Positions 13,225 to 25,757 of a stretch of DNA of 55,709 nucleotides are shown in pieces. Under the pieces are notes generated by a model. The model ran no database searches. It worked only from the letters and a program-made list of their open reading frames with translations, and was not told where the DNA came from. Source of the DNA: Atractiella rhizophila. Taxonomy: Eukaryota. Made by a program: the position numbers and the translations under genes. The DNA lies in assembly GCA_021432655.1 (NCBI GenBank), contig MU271364.1, positions 26,331-82,039 on the forward strand. The letters run 5' to 3'. Position 1 is the stretch's first letter, and each line of letters begins with the position of its first letter.

Positions 13225-15278
13225 TTATAGAGGCCGATCAAGGCTTATCCTGTCATCGTCTCTCCGACTGTTCACCCTCCAAGCTAGCAGTGCGGCTGAT
13301 AAAGAACCGAGGATCAACAATCCAGTGTTCACACTGTCGTAATTTCCGTCGAAGCGATACTTGACTGCCTGATCGAGAGAAGCCTGCGAAAGACCCAGCA
13401 AGCCAGCGATGGTATTGGCAAGTCCATAAACCGTCCCGAAGGTCTCAAAACCAAAGACTCTACGGAACAATAGTGAGCCAAGACGGTCGAGTACCGAAAG
13501 ATTCCTGAAAAGAAGCTTACTTGGAGCTGTAGTCGCTTACGAAAGTATACATCAATGGGCGGAAGAGAGCAAAGATTCCTATGCCCAATAGCTGCGTCCA
13601 TACTTGGCTGGTCATTGTGAGGATACCAAGTGCAAGCCCTGACAAGCCCAAGACGTAGATGACACTGATTGTACGGGTGTGATCGAGGAGATAACCAATG
13701 AAGGGAACCCCTAAGACGCCTCCTAGGGGAAGCAGGTATGTGAACGCTTTCGTTATCTGGGTTGCCAGATCTTCGTCTTGAGTGTACACCAGAAGTTGGC
13801 GATGACTTCATGCTTATATTAGAAACCCTTTGGGAGGGAAGAGAACAGCGTACCAAGTCTGAATGTAGAAATTGATGCGGACCATGTGGACGGTGAGAAA
13901 GCAAGCAATGGCTAAGAACCACGACGTGGAGATCTGTTGCCTTGCGGTTCTACCCCAGAGTACACCACGGACATCCTCCTCATCTTCCATCAAATCATGA
14001 GCTCCGTCAACTGGAGGACGAAAATAAGAAACGTCAGAAAACCGTCGCGGGAAGGATAGCCTCCTTGGAAGAGAGACTTTTGAGAATGCCGAAGTGCCTT
14101 CAAGTAACGGTGTCTGTTCGCTCGATTCCAAAGCCGAATCGGGGAAATTGGGTGTGTATGCCGATGCTCCTAATATTCGGTTCTGCCTCTCGGGTGCAGG
14201 AGAACAATCATTCGAAACGGGTGCATTTAGATACGGTGTCCGAGGTCCCATCACCAACTGTTGCACGATAATCCTATGCCCTTCATCAATATACTACCTA
14301 TATAGGATGAGGGATTAAAAGTTACACGACAGGGATCACGATATATCCCCAGAACCATCCTCGCAACCCTACCACGCTCCTCTCATTGAGCTCACTGAGA
14401 ACAACCCATGGCAAGCTACTGGCATCAAAGGCACCAGTGACAGCACTCAGGATGAATCCCTCGTGTCCGGGAAAAGCATTGGAGAGGTGAAAACAGGGAA
14501 GGAAGATGAGCGGTCCTCCCAGAGCGAGAAAGACGAAGGCGATCAGGGGATAGTCAACAGTTTGCGTTGGAGAGGCAAGCCCGAGGAGTAGATTTCCCAT
14601 TCCGAACATTATGGATCCAAACAATGATGTGTAGAACGGACCAAAGTGGTCGAGGAAAGCACCTGGCAACAATGAAAGGTTAACAATGTGTCCGGTAATA
14701 GTAAAAGATCAGCTAACCAATCGGCAGAGCCGCAGCATTGGTCACAGTGGTTCCTACGGTAAAGATGAAGTTGAGTTTTGAGTCCTTCATTGAAATCGTG
14801 ATTAAGGAATCTGCAAAATTTCAAGGAGAAACCAAGCGCTTACCTGAGATTTACACACATCCCCGGCTGGGTCACTCTCCTCGCATAAATTACGATAAAT
14901 ACCTTCCCGAATGAGGACGGGTTTGAGAGCTTGAATATGACATCAGGATGCTGTTACAAAGAGGGCAGTAAAGGTAAAACCTGCAAACCCAAAGATGATG
15001 CCTGCACAGCAGAATCTTGATCGATCGTTAGTAGTCAAAAGAAGCTTGGATGGCTCAGAGAAAAGGAACACACGAGAACAAGACAGCGAATACGGCCTGT
15101 ACCGCTCTACGAGTCTTTGAGACGTCTCTGACTTCCATCCCTTGCATCTTCTTGGTAAAATGATCATCGAGCTTACTTCCTGTACAGGGCTCTGACGCAT
15201 CTCGGCATCTCGTTGACCTCTGAGTTGGCCCCTCAGGTTAGTGATCGGCCTTCGTACCCTTATCTTGTTCGATGTCAT
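13225..15278 (-). CDS. FMP42: MFS transporter, Fmp42/SLC43 (LAT3)-like; multi-exon
   Basis: CCAGIIFGFA; KLNFIFTVGTTVTNAAALPIGAFLDHFGP; FHLSNAFP..ILSAVTGAFDASS; HMVRINFYIQT; RPLMYTFVSDYSSKVFGFETFGTVYGL. Confidence 0.9.
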
Positions 15279-15421
15279 GACAGAACAAGGGCTGTAAGTT
15301 AGCTGTAAGGTACCAACCCAGGAAGTGACATGTGAGTTGAAACAGTCAAGTTATCCACGTCTATATAACGTGTGCACAAAGACCCAGCCGTGCATCTGAT
15401 CTGTTTACTCACGCAATCATC

Positions 15422-17393
15422 ATGAACTTCCTCCGCGCTCCGATACCGTCCCTCTCGACCTCTTCAACTAACGATACTTGTTACAAGCTCACGATGTCTT
15501 TGATGGAATCGACGAACAAAAAGAATAGGGAGAAGACGAGCGGAAGAGCGAGGAAGAAGAGTCGGAGGAAGCTGAGGAGGTATAGGAATGGAGGGAACGG
15601 ATCAGACGAGAAGTTCATAATCCCTTATGAAGGTGCGAGCTCTGCGGAAGGAAAAGAAGATGGGAGTTCGAGTGATGCTTCCAACTTTGTGATTATCAAA
15701 GAAGAGGGAGCGGCCGTGCCTAGCGATCAAGCTATTCCAATGGAGATTGACTTTCAATCGCCGGCGTCCACCTCCATTCGCGATCCAGTCAATCTTATCA
15801 ACATCAAGCTACCATACGAAATCCTTCGACTCATCTTTTCATACGGTATGTTGCAATGGTTACGTGACCCCTGTTGTGACTTGACTCTTGAGTTAGTTTC
15901 TGACCCCTATGGTTTCCCTTCAGAACATGTTTGCTTGCCCCTGTCGCCTTTGACCATCTGACTCACAGCACACAGATTACCCTCTCTAAGATCTCTTCAG
16001 TACAGACTATTCGTCGAAGACCACCTGTCTTCTGTTCAGGCCTAATATCCAATCAGTCCGAGCCAACGTTTAGCTCGACGGTAGTTCTTCCATCCTGGTA
16101 CGATTATCCTCTCAATCTACGATCGGTATGTCAACGATGGAAATATGTGCGCCGTTAGTGCTCTGTGAAGCCAAGCTTATGCAAATACAGGTTATGGATG
16201 CTCTTTCCTTCCGCTCGCTGTCGGTACATCACGCTGCCCGCGTTCTTTCGCTGCACAAACTTGCTCAGCACACGAACCAACCATTCACTCAAGTACAGTA
16301 CCTCTCCATCCGCCTCCTAACCAAGTCTCGAGCATCGCTTAAAAACCTAGCTGTGTCGTACGATCTGGACTCACCGACAGCTAACATTGCCCAACTCGCA
16401 AGTGTGATTTCGCAATGCCAGAATCTGCGGCGACTCGAACTGGCGGGAATACCATTGGGAGGATTATTCGGAGCCCACGGCATCGTGAATACCCATGGAT
16501 GGAACCTTACAGAGCTGCTCCTAGATTCTGAAAGCTCAGGCGAAGGACACATGGATAGTTATACATTTGGAGAGGTCTTGGAGTCATTGGGTAAGCGCTT
16601 GGAGCTTCTCAAGGTTCGTGGATGGAGTTCGGAGGATGCAGAGGCGCTGGATATCTTCAACCCTTCGCTTCCTAACCTTCGTGCACTGAAGATTACCGAT
16701 TCATACCCTTCGATCAAAGATCTGATTATATTCCTCAATTCTCTTTCACCGTCAGCGCTCACCACCCTCGAACTATCGCAATTCCGACTCCCGCTCTCCA
16801 CTCCGCTCGCAATCTCACTCCAGCAGAACGTTCCAACAGACATCCCTATCTACCTGCATCCTCTCGTGCTACCGGCCCTCCTCCGTCTCGCACCTCATCT
16901 ACACACTCTTTCCATGGGCTGTTTCAACTTTCCACTCCCAGATGAAGTTCCTTCGTCGCAACCACGATTACGTAGAGGACCTGTGACCACGCCTCAACGA
17001 CTGGCAAGCTCAACACCTCTTCCTCTTACCGCCCCTCCTCCCATCAAGGACGCCTGTCATCCATCCCGAACTCTCGCTCGCGTCTTGGAGCATTGCACCA
17101 CTCTCAGCTACCTCACACTCGGAGGGAATATCTCTACGATTGTCCCTGGAGAGTTGCTGAGGAGTATAGGACAAGCAAGCGAAGGCAAGAATCTCAGGGT
17201 TCTGAGACTCATCGAGACAAGGATCAAGATGAAAGATTTGGCAGGTTGGCTCAAGAGTGAGGAATGCAAAGAAAAACTAGAGAGGGTCGAGTTGTGGACT
17301 GGCTGGGAAAGTTGGGACGATCGTTTGAACCTGCAGCTGGAGTGCTGGAAGAGAGGGACAGAGCTAAAAGTTGGCAGAGGTGGGGCTTGGTGA
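15422..17393 (+). CDS. F-box protein with an RNI-like leucine-rich-repeat region
   Basis: KLPYEILRLIFSY ... PLNLRSVCQRWKYV (split F-box), followed by LRR-like units NLRRLEL, NLTELLL, NLRALKI, HLHTLSM, NLRVLRL. Confidence 0.75.
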
Positions 17394-17785
17394 ATTCATT
17401 CAAGTTCTCCTCGCTGGTTGATGCTTGGACCTAGGAATGGTTTGTGGAATGGACTGTTTTCTGTTTTTTCTGTGCTCTGTTATCCTGATCATGCCTCCTC
17501 GCCATTATCATTAGCATTTCCAGCATCATCGTCATTTCTCCTTCAATATCCTCGAAGTATCGTTCCGTTGATTCTGTCGATCAGTTCATACTAGTTCTCT
17601 TTCTCATGATTCTCCCTGTACCTTTGACGCCCAATGAACATTACTTACAGCTCAAGAATTTGGACACTAGAGCATACATAGATCAAGCATGAAATGATTT
17701 TGATTGCGATCATATGGGCATGAAGGGAAAACACAGGAAGTGAATGGGAACATAGACGAATGGAAGGCAATGGAAGATAACTCGC

Positions 17786-18535
17786 TCATGCTTCCTCCGT
17801 CCTGACCCTGGCTCCAGAGTTGGTGAGTTTAACACCCAAAACCTTCGCTTTCTCCACAATGGCTATTCGCTTCCTAGAAGAAACGTTGTGTGCGATCTCG
17901 GCGCAGAAGGACTTGTTGTGCATCATGAGGAGGGAGAGCTGGTGGGGATTTGAAACCAAAACTGGATATTCTCATGCTAAGCAACAATCTGGCAAAAAAG
18001 TGGTACACTGACGCTTCTTGAACCCGTTGGGGAGGGTGTGCTTATGTTTCTTGTTCGTTCCATATCCGATGCTGGGCATAGCAATCTGTCCCTTGAACCG
18101 CCTGCGGACACGGTTGTCGATACCTTTCGGCTTCCGCCAGTTTGACTTGACGGAGTGATACCTTCATGTCCCTCCAATTGAACCCAAATAACATCAACCA
18201 GGAAGCAAGACGCACCTGTCGCTCTGACAACAATCTGGCAAAAAAGTGGTACACTGACGCTTCTTGAACCCGTTGGGGAGGGTGTGCTTATGTTTCTTGT
18301 TCGTTCCATATCCGATGCTGGGCATAGCAATCTGTCCCTTGAACCGCCTGCGGACACGGTTGTCGATACCTTTCGGCTTCCGCCAGTTTGACTTGACGGA
18401 GTGATACCTTCATGTCCCTCCAATTGAACCCAAATAACATCAACCAGGAAGCAAGACGCACCTGTCGCTCTGATGGCGAGCAAAAGGTTTTGATCGCTTG
18501 ACGATCTTTGCCCCGACCTTTTTCTGCGCTGTCAT
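17786..18535 (-). CDS. RPL32: 60S ribosomal protein eL32; exon 2 appears twice because of the tandem repeat
   Basis: [59 protein letters not shown]...[55 protein letters not shown]. Confidence 0.97.
17982..18473. repeat. Perfect tandem duplication, period 246 bp (17982-18227 / 18228-18473)
   Basis: caacaatctggcaaaaaagtgg starts at both 17982 and 18228; I saw no mismatches. Confidence 0.97.
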
Positions 18536-18884
18536 CCTGCACATTCAGAGTATGTTAGCCGTGAGGAGGGAAGCAAAGGTGTAGGCCCGCCATGAAGCAG
18601 ACGAGAGGGCAAGAACCGTACCTGTATGTCTAAAAGGAATCAGTACTGAACCACGACTCAATGCAGGGAGGGAGCACAAAGACCTACCTTTTCTTACCTG
18701 CGTTAGCAAAGGAGGTCCTAAGCGGGTAGGGTCAGGGCCAACAAAAACAACAGCCGCGTTTGCCGGAACCGAACCATTTGAAGCCCATAATAACGGAGCG
18801 AGACATTGCGACCATCACAAAAACGGGATCCTCTCCAGGTTTCACAAATTTCACTCACAGGCAAACTGATTCCACTTATAAAAC

Positions 18885-19798
18885 ATGGAACATGGTCCCC
18901 AGTTTCCGTTTGACCCTGTCGAGACAACCACAAAGAAAGATCCACCTTCTTATAACTTTGGTATCACTTTCGAGCAGCCAGATACATTTTGTCCTCGCTA
19001 TGAGAAAGAACTCTGTCAGTGTCCGTTTCCTTCTCTTAGTGAAACTGGAGATGCTGATTTACTACCTCTACTTTAAAGCTTGCCGCTACAGTTCCCCAAG
19101 GAGAATTAGAGGTCGCTCTCAGTTTCAGAGCACACGTTGCTGGGCTATTAGGCGACACCAGTCAAATAGCTCCTGTGGCAACTGCTACTAAAGTTGGGTT
19201 CGTTTTTGCTCGTACCTGAATTCAATTGCCTTATTGATGTGGGGACAGCTCGGATCGTATTCAACATACGGTCGCTCTTTGGCGCGAGTCTAACGACTGC
19301 AGAAGGGCCGAAGATGGAAACGAGAACCAGCAACTGGTGATGACGACCTTGCATGGACCGTCCGCCTACTTCCCACTCGAATTCAGAGCGACTCCTCCCA
19401 AACGCGGGAACGTCAAGCGCGCTCGTACCACTCGAGACACCAGCGGCAAAAATTCTGGAAGGAGAACCGTCTCTTCGTCCTCGGCTGCTGCTGCAAGAAG
19501 GGCTAGCGGACCCGCTGTTAGTGGAGAAAGGATGATGACGAGGGCGGCGGTGAGAGCTTGCGCTTCCGGTTCTCGCTCTGCTGCGAGGATGGAGGATGTA
19601 GATGAAGTGGAAAGCGACAAGAGGAAGGGGAAAAGGAGAAAGCTCTCATCTGCCGAACCGGATGAGCGAGAGGCAGGCAGAGTCAAATCGGAGGATGTGG
19701 AGGGATTGGGTGGCGCACTTGGAGAACTTGCGATTGTCAGCCCTCCTGGCGGTGAGTCTTCGTTTCAGTTGGACAATGGTCTCAGGGATTCAACTTGA
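18885..19798 (+). CDS. Hypothetical protein with a basic C-terminal region, about 3 exons
   Basis: MEHGPQFPFD...KEL|FPQGELEVALSFRAHVAG...|SDRIQHTVALWRE... runs into ORF 19337-19798 (KRKGKRRK); divergent from RPL32. Confidence 0.55.
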
Positions 19799-21793
19799 GA
19801 TGCAGATGATTTCTGGATGTTTGCCCCATCTCCTGTTTCCGTCGCTTCGACTACATCTTGAAGTGCTGGCACAACTTGATTTATGTTTGTTTACTCGCAA
19901 CCATTTCAACCCCTTTATTGTGATCTCTTGTGCTAAGTGTTTACTTCAATTATTATTTCAGCTGCAGACTACTCATGACCTGAGAAGAAATACACATTGT
20001 TTTGGCTCCTTGAAACAAGCTCCAAATAGTTCCAAAACCTTTACAAGGGATCGTCGCGTGGACTTATGACCTGGCCATGACCTTACAGTCAAAGCCTTCT
20101 CCTTGAAAGCGGATACATAGTGGCACTTGAACAGTGCGTCCCGATCGAGCGATGTCTTTGTCTCAAATTCCCAAATTCAACCCGATTCGTCTTTTCTGAT
20201 TCCGTTTGTCAGGGCAAAATCCGTAACGTATTTATATCATCGTCACTCATGCTTTTGCTCGTCTATCCATGGTCCAACCTCAACGGCAGAAGCCAGCAAG
20301 AGAAGAATTTGTGATGCAGAGTGGAACTGGACGAGTACGTAAGGTGGAGATTGGAGATACCGGATTTGTGGCTACATGTTCATGAATTGTGAATAACAAT
20401 GCAAAAGGTGCGATGTTTCACTTCTTCTTTTATGTACGATCTCGTCGTAATTGGGGCAGAAGCTGGGCTGCACAGCACTATAAATTCTGGTTCCTGCTTG
20501 ATGAAAGAAAGCGGAACTGTGGGCGGAAGATTGTCACATCATCTTTTGCCTCGCAATTTTCGATGCTCCGACCCCTTCAGATTCCAGCGTTTCACTGAGG
20601 AGATTGGCCATATTCCATGTATGCAGAACGGCACTTACCCTTCCATTCTGACATCAATCCTTGAAATTGACCAGGAGGTGATGATCTTCCCTTCTTCCAT
20701 TTTAACATTTTGCTGGGTTGAAACTTGCCCCACAGTGTGCTTGAAAGTTTGACGTGCTTGACTAGCTGAAGGGACGGCAAGAGCTGCACGAAGTTAAATG
20801 AGCTGGCAAAGCATACCAAAGCGATGGCTAACTCCATGAGTCTGGGCTCATCTCAGATATGGATCTTGGTTTGAAAATTTGACAGCTTCCAGGCTTGACC
20901 CTGGTTGATCGGCCCTTCAGGTGAAATACGAGTCTCTTGATGGACGTTTCGGAGATGTTCCACTCCTAGTTTCATCACTGCTCGGGAATGTGAGTGGCAA
21001 CCAATTTGAGCTTCTTCCCATGAGCACGAGCTGCACCGATGGGAAAACTTTTCCCTGAGCTCAAACTCATTTTGTTTGGCCATGCGGCTTTCAAATTACA
21101 GACCAAAACTCGCGTGTACCATACTGCAATAACTCAGCAACAGGCTCAGTTTGGAAAATAATAGTGTTCGGCGAGGGTCCAGCTGTGTGGAATGCTGAAT
21201 AAAAGATGAGAACAGATTGAGTTGTAATTGAGCTTGAGCTTGTGCTGAATCGGGTCGACTGTTTGGTTTGGGCTGGACTGGGTTTTGAACCTGTTTGAAC
21301 CTCAGAAAGCCCAACACATGAGGAGCACAAAAGCCACGAGGCTATTTGAAGACTGTTCACTGGGTTTTCGAGGTCTTCTTGTCAGCAACATTGTGATCAC
21401 ATCTTTCCGCTCATTAGGAGCTCAAAAACCACCATTTGTCATTTATAAAAACTCCAACGCGCTTCAAACGGTCTAGTCTGTCTTGATTCTCGAACGATTT
21501 GGATCTCACTGCAGTGTTGTTGTTGTTAACACTGCGTAATTCTCGATCATTGAAAAGGATCTGTCACTTTTTATTCGGTTTGCCCAAGAGGTACGACCAA
21601 CAAGGATCAAGAAACTTTACTCGTCACGCCGTATCTTATAACCACCGTCGAGGGTTTCGAAAATCCCAAGGTCGCGGCCGTATCTCAAGCGCTCTCACTC
21701 ATATCCTCATCTCACGAACTCTGCTGAATTCTTATATCAACCCCCATTGCTCTCCTCTTAGACCTGCTCTTTCGATCTTTTCGCCCAAGCTCT

Positions 21794-23085
21794 ATGTCTT
21801 CTGCCCTCACAAGGAAGAATAAAGTGAGTAGATCATCAGTGTGCTCACGTATAGGGCTCAAGTATGATTTTTTTCAGATGAGACCTCCAGCTGGAATGTA
21901 TGACAACACTGACGGTGGCGCAAGGAGGGTCAGCTCTCTTCCTAGCGCCCCAGGTGGACGCAGAAGGGGTAAATGCAAGTTCTTCGATTGCGAAAGGGGT
22001 ATGCAGCCTTTATCCCAGAGAAGATAGGTTTGACATCGCTAAATAGGATATGGCTTCATCATCGATGCTGGTGGTCTCGACAATTCGCCCCCAATCTCCG
22101 CTGACATAGAAATTTTCATCCATTACAGTCGCATCAGGTGAGGCCCTTCCCCAGTCTTGCATTCGATTCCTTCTTACGCTGAAAGGAATCAGGGACGGAC
22201 CATCCTTGGCCGGTGTGGAGCCGTTTAAGAGCTTGCAAGCGGACGAGGAGGTGAGCAACTTTCTTCTGTAAAACTGTCTAGCATGGGTCTGCGACGACCA
22301 GCACGTCGTATCTATGATCTCTCGCTTGTTCCTGTGCTGAACAAGGCAACATCCCCAAAGATCAGATCACTCACGACTGTTTGAACGTTCAGGTTGAATA
22401 TGAGATTATCAATAACGATGCCAAAGGTAAGTCGACTGCTCAATGCCATTCTGAAAGCATGTGAATAACTGTTTCCAAAGGATACTCCGCGCAAGATGTC
22501 ACCGGCGTCTCAGGTATTCCCTGCTCCTGCTACTTTCAGACGCCACCCCGTCCCCGCCCTCAGCGTGGTCGCATGCCTAACATGGGATCTCCTCAACCAA
22601 GCACCTTGCCTTCCCTTCCCAACAATGCTTTGGGATTGGGGCTCTCGGCGAACACGAGCCCTTTCCCAAATACGATGAATCAGCAACAGCATCTTAGCAT
22701 GGTTCTTGGAGCAACGACTCAGGCGAATCCTCAGTGGCCATTGTCCTACGCGGTCCCATTCCAGCAGCAGTTTCCTAACATGAACAACATGAATCTCCCG
22801 CTTGCCCAGAACCTTTGGCAGAGCCCTGGCTTTCCCATGTTCCCCAACACGCTTCCGACGCCGCACAGCCATGGGCACGGTTTCCCCAATACGACATCTC
22901 CGGACCTGGCTCACCAACAGCTTTCTCAAGCATTCGTCGGTATGGATCATCAAGTCAGCTCATACCCTCAGAATTTTCTCATGGCCAATGCTGGTGAGAA
23001 CGACGAAATGTCGGGATATTCTTCTCCCAACCCTCAACCCAACTACCACGAGAGTCAGCGTCAGCACCAACATGTTCGCCAATAA
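21794..23085 (+). CDS. Cold-shock-domain RNA-binding protein 1 with a Q/N/P-rich tail
   Basis: Spliced: GRRRGKCKFFDCERG|YGFIIDAG..EIFIHYSRIR|..FKSLQADEE|VEYEIINNDAK|GYSAQDVTG. Contains the RNP1 and RNP2 motifs of the CSD. Confidence 0.9.
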
Positions 23086-25757
23086 CTTCCTTTATGGGGA
23101 ACCGATATACTGCACTCTGACGACCTCTCGCAAACGATACCTTACGAATCAGTCTTGCGTTCTCCATCCGTTGCTCATTCCGCTAGCATATCGTCTTAGT
23201 CCAAACAGCTAATCCGAAATCCGTACTCAAACGGTATCTTAAAGCCACTCAAATAATTTGGATATGCAGTTAGAATCTGTCTCGGTTCGACAACTTTTTG
23301 CAAGACCCTCCGCCCCTTCTCTCTCCAATTCAACTCAAACTTCAAATATCAAACTACCACGAATTTTTTTCTTGGGAAATCTCGTCTCGTTTCAATTTGC
23401 TCAACCAAAACGAAGAAAGGATCTTTCTTGATTCTCCAAAGCTTCAGCCCAACAATCCGTCCAAACATCCGTCCACTAACTACATCTCTCCGTGCCTTTG
23501 GCCTAGGTGCTCAGTATCGGTCTCGGGTCTTGTGCTAACTGTTATCATTCGTTCTCAGTCCCTGTCACCATCAGTCCGTACCTTCAATCCGTCCAATCCG
23601 TTCATGAAGCAAGCGACATTATGTGTTCTTCCGTATTCAAAAAAGGATGTGTCATGTCTCCAACCACTTGAGCCTGAGTCTAGCTCTCACCGACTCAACA
23701 TGGTTTGGGTCCTTTGTGCTTCTGTATTTCGGAAAGTCTCGTTTTGTTGAGGAGTCTCTTTCTCTGTTCTGTTAAGTCTTGTGGAATCAGATATCACTTT
23801 TCAGCCTCAATCCCAGCTTCGTTCCTCCGTATCCACGCTCATGTCCCGGCTCTCATCAATCTCATCAATCATCGACCATCCCGTTAAACTTGTTTCGGCT
23901 CGGCTCTGGCCAGCTCCCTTACCATCGCTTGCCTCGACCTCCATTTGGCATTTGGGATTGATTTACAGCGATGCCTTTGATCGACATTGATCGCCTCAGC
24001 GAACCGTTGATATGCGAAAAGCCGTGATCTTTTCAGACTGGGAATCAGAGCTTCAGATCCTGAGATCCATTTTCCACATTCTTCCACTAGCTTCCGCTTC
24101 AAGTTCCACTTCCGAATCGATCCTATCTATCTGCAACAGCAGCTGTCACTGCAGTTGAAGCGCTGACCGGTGACCATATTGAAGGAAATGGCTTTCCTGC
24201 TCGAAGCAGACTGTTTCCAAAGTTTCAGTGTGGTGTGCACTGGCGAGCTGAATATCCATATACGCATGTTGGAAACTCACAGGACGATCAACACCTCCGC
24301 CATCGATGAATCTGCAATGCAACAACAACGTAACGACAGAACTCAAGACAATCACAACGCGAATGGGGGGTTACCTTTCAATTTGCGTCAGACAGTATTA
24401 GGACAGGCGATAAATATTACTTGTGGACAGTAATAGAACTCGTGAGTGGAAACGTATTGCTTGCGTTGATCGGGAGGAATGAAAGGCTAGACGTAATTTT
24501 CGCTCATCACCGTTACAGCGTGAACTGTTAAACATAGCACGTCGTTCACTAGCGCACACTCAGGCTTTCTTCCTGACTGACTTTCAGGATTTCAATCCCC
24601 GCGTTGAGTCGTGAAAATGGAGCGCGTGATGTGTAACGATCATCCGAATCAAATCCAGTCCAATTTCTCGATCCAGCTGCATTGCATTGGATAGCACCAC
24701 TCTCCATAGAAGGGATCGCTCCGAAGCAAGTGTTTGGACGTTGACCATTCTACAATGGGGATGAACGTGTGCGTTCAAGTGATGCAAATAAACAGATACT
24801 TGAAAAGCAAAGGTGGCGGGATGGTCATGTGTCCATCCAACCGCTCAACCGATGTCTTCTCCTAATTCATGAAAACGAAATGGATCTACGGCGCTTGTCT
24901 TCTCCGTCTCCTAATCGAGGCAGAAGTACCGAGCTTTGAAGGCCCAAAGAGTGGTTCGATGGTCCCAAAGACAAGGAACAAAGCATTTCGAGCACTCCGA
25001 AATTGAAAAGGTTGGCAGAAAAGGGGAGCATTCCGCTTTGGCGTGAACACAAGACAAGCTAGCCAATCTAGCATTCAAAGATAGAAGGGGGAGCATCGAT
25101 CAGATGAGCTGCAGCTGATACCAAAAAAGGTTTAAGGATCGCACGAGAGCTGCTCGTGAAAGGGAGTGCCAACGGTGATCCCAAACCACCACGAACAGGG
25201 ACCTTTGTCCGCGGCTCCAGGAGCTACAGAAGATCTGAATCGTCGGACCTTACACGACTCCAGACGTCCTTGACAGTCAACGTTAAGTTATTGACTCGCT
25301 TCCACTCAAGGACCAATGGTTTGTTACAGGCTGGGAGGGTGGCAACATAGTTCGCGGGGATGAAATTAACCTTGTCTTCGATTGAATTGCATTAACGACC
25401 CCTTTTCTGAATCGATCGGACGAATCAGTTGGAGGTCGGCTGGATATCCTTGCCTTTTAAACGACCACCTCCTTTTCAAACTCAACCACCGTCATCTCCT
25501 CCCAGATCCATCCCAGCCCACTCCACCCGTCCACGACCAACCGGCCTGACTCGCGACTTACGACCCGATTACGACCATCGCACGCATCCCCAGCCGCTGA
25601 ACACCATTTTCAGCTGGACCCCTCCTCGTTCTAGTTACCCAATCGTGCCAATTATTCCCATCCCATCGTAATATCGCAACGAAGAAGCAAGATCGACTTG
25701 CGCGCGCCGAGTCTTAAAGCTTGAACGACACCCGCAGATGTTGGCTCCTTTTCTGAA

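Noticed and set aside
17977..18483. 168-aa ORF with an internal 82-aa repeat
   Set aside because: Off-frame shadow of RPL32 created by the 246-bp duplication.
23100..25700. Many 60-150 aa ORFs between the CSD genes
   Set aside because: No recognisable motifs or coherent exon chain; consistent with UTR or intergenic DNA.
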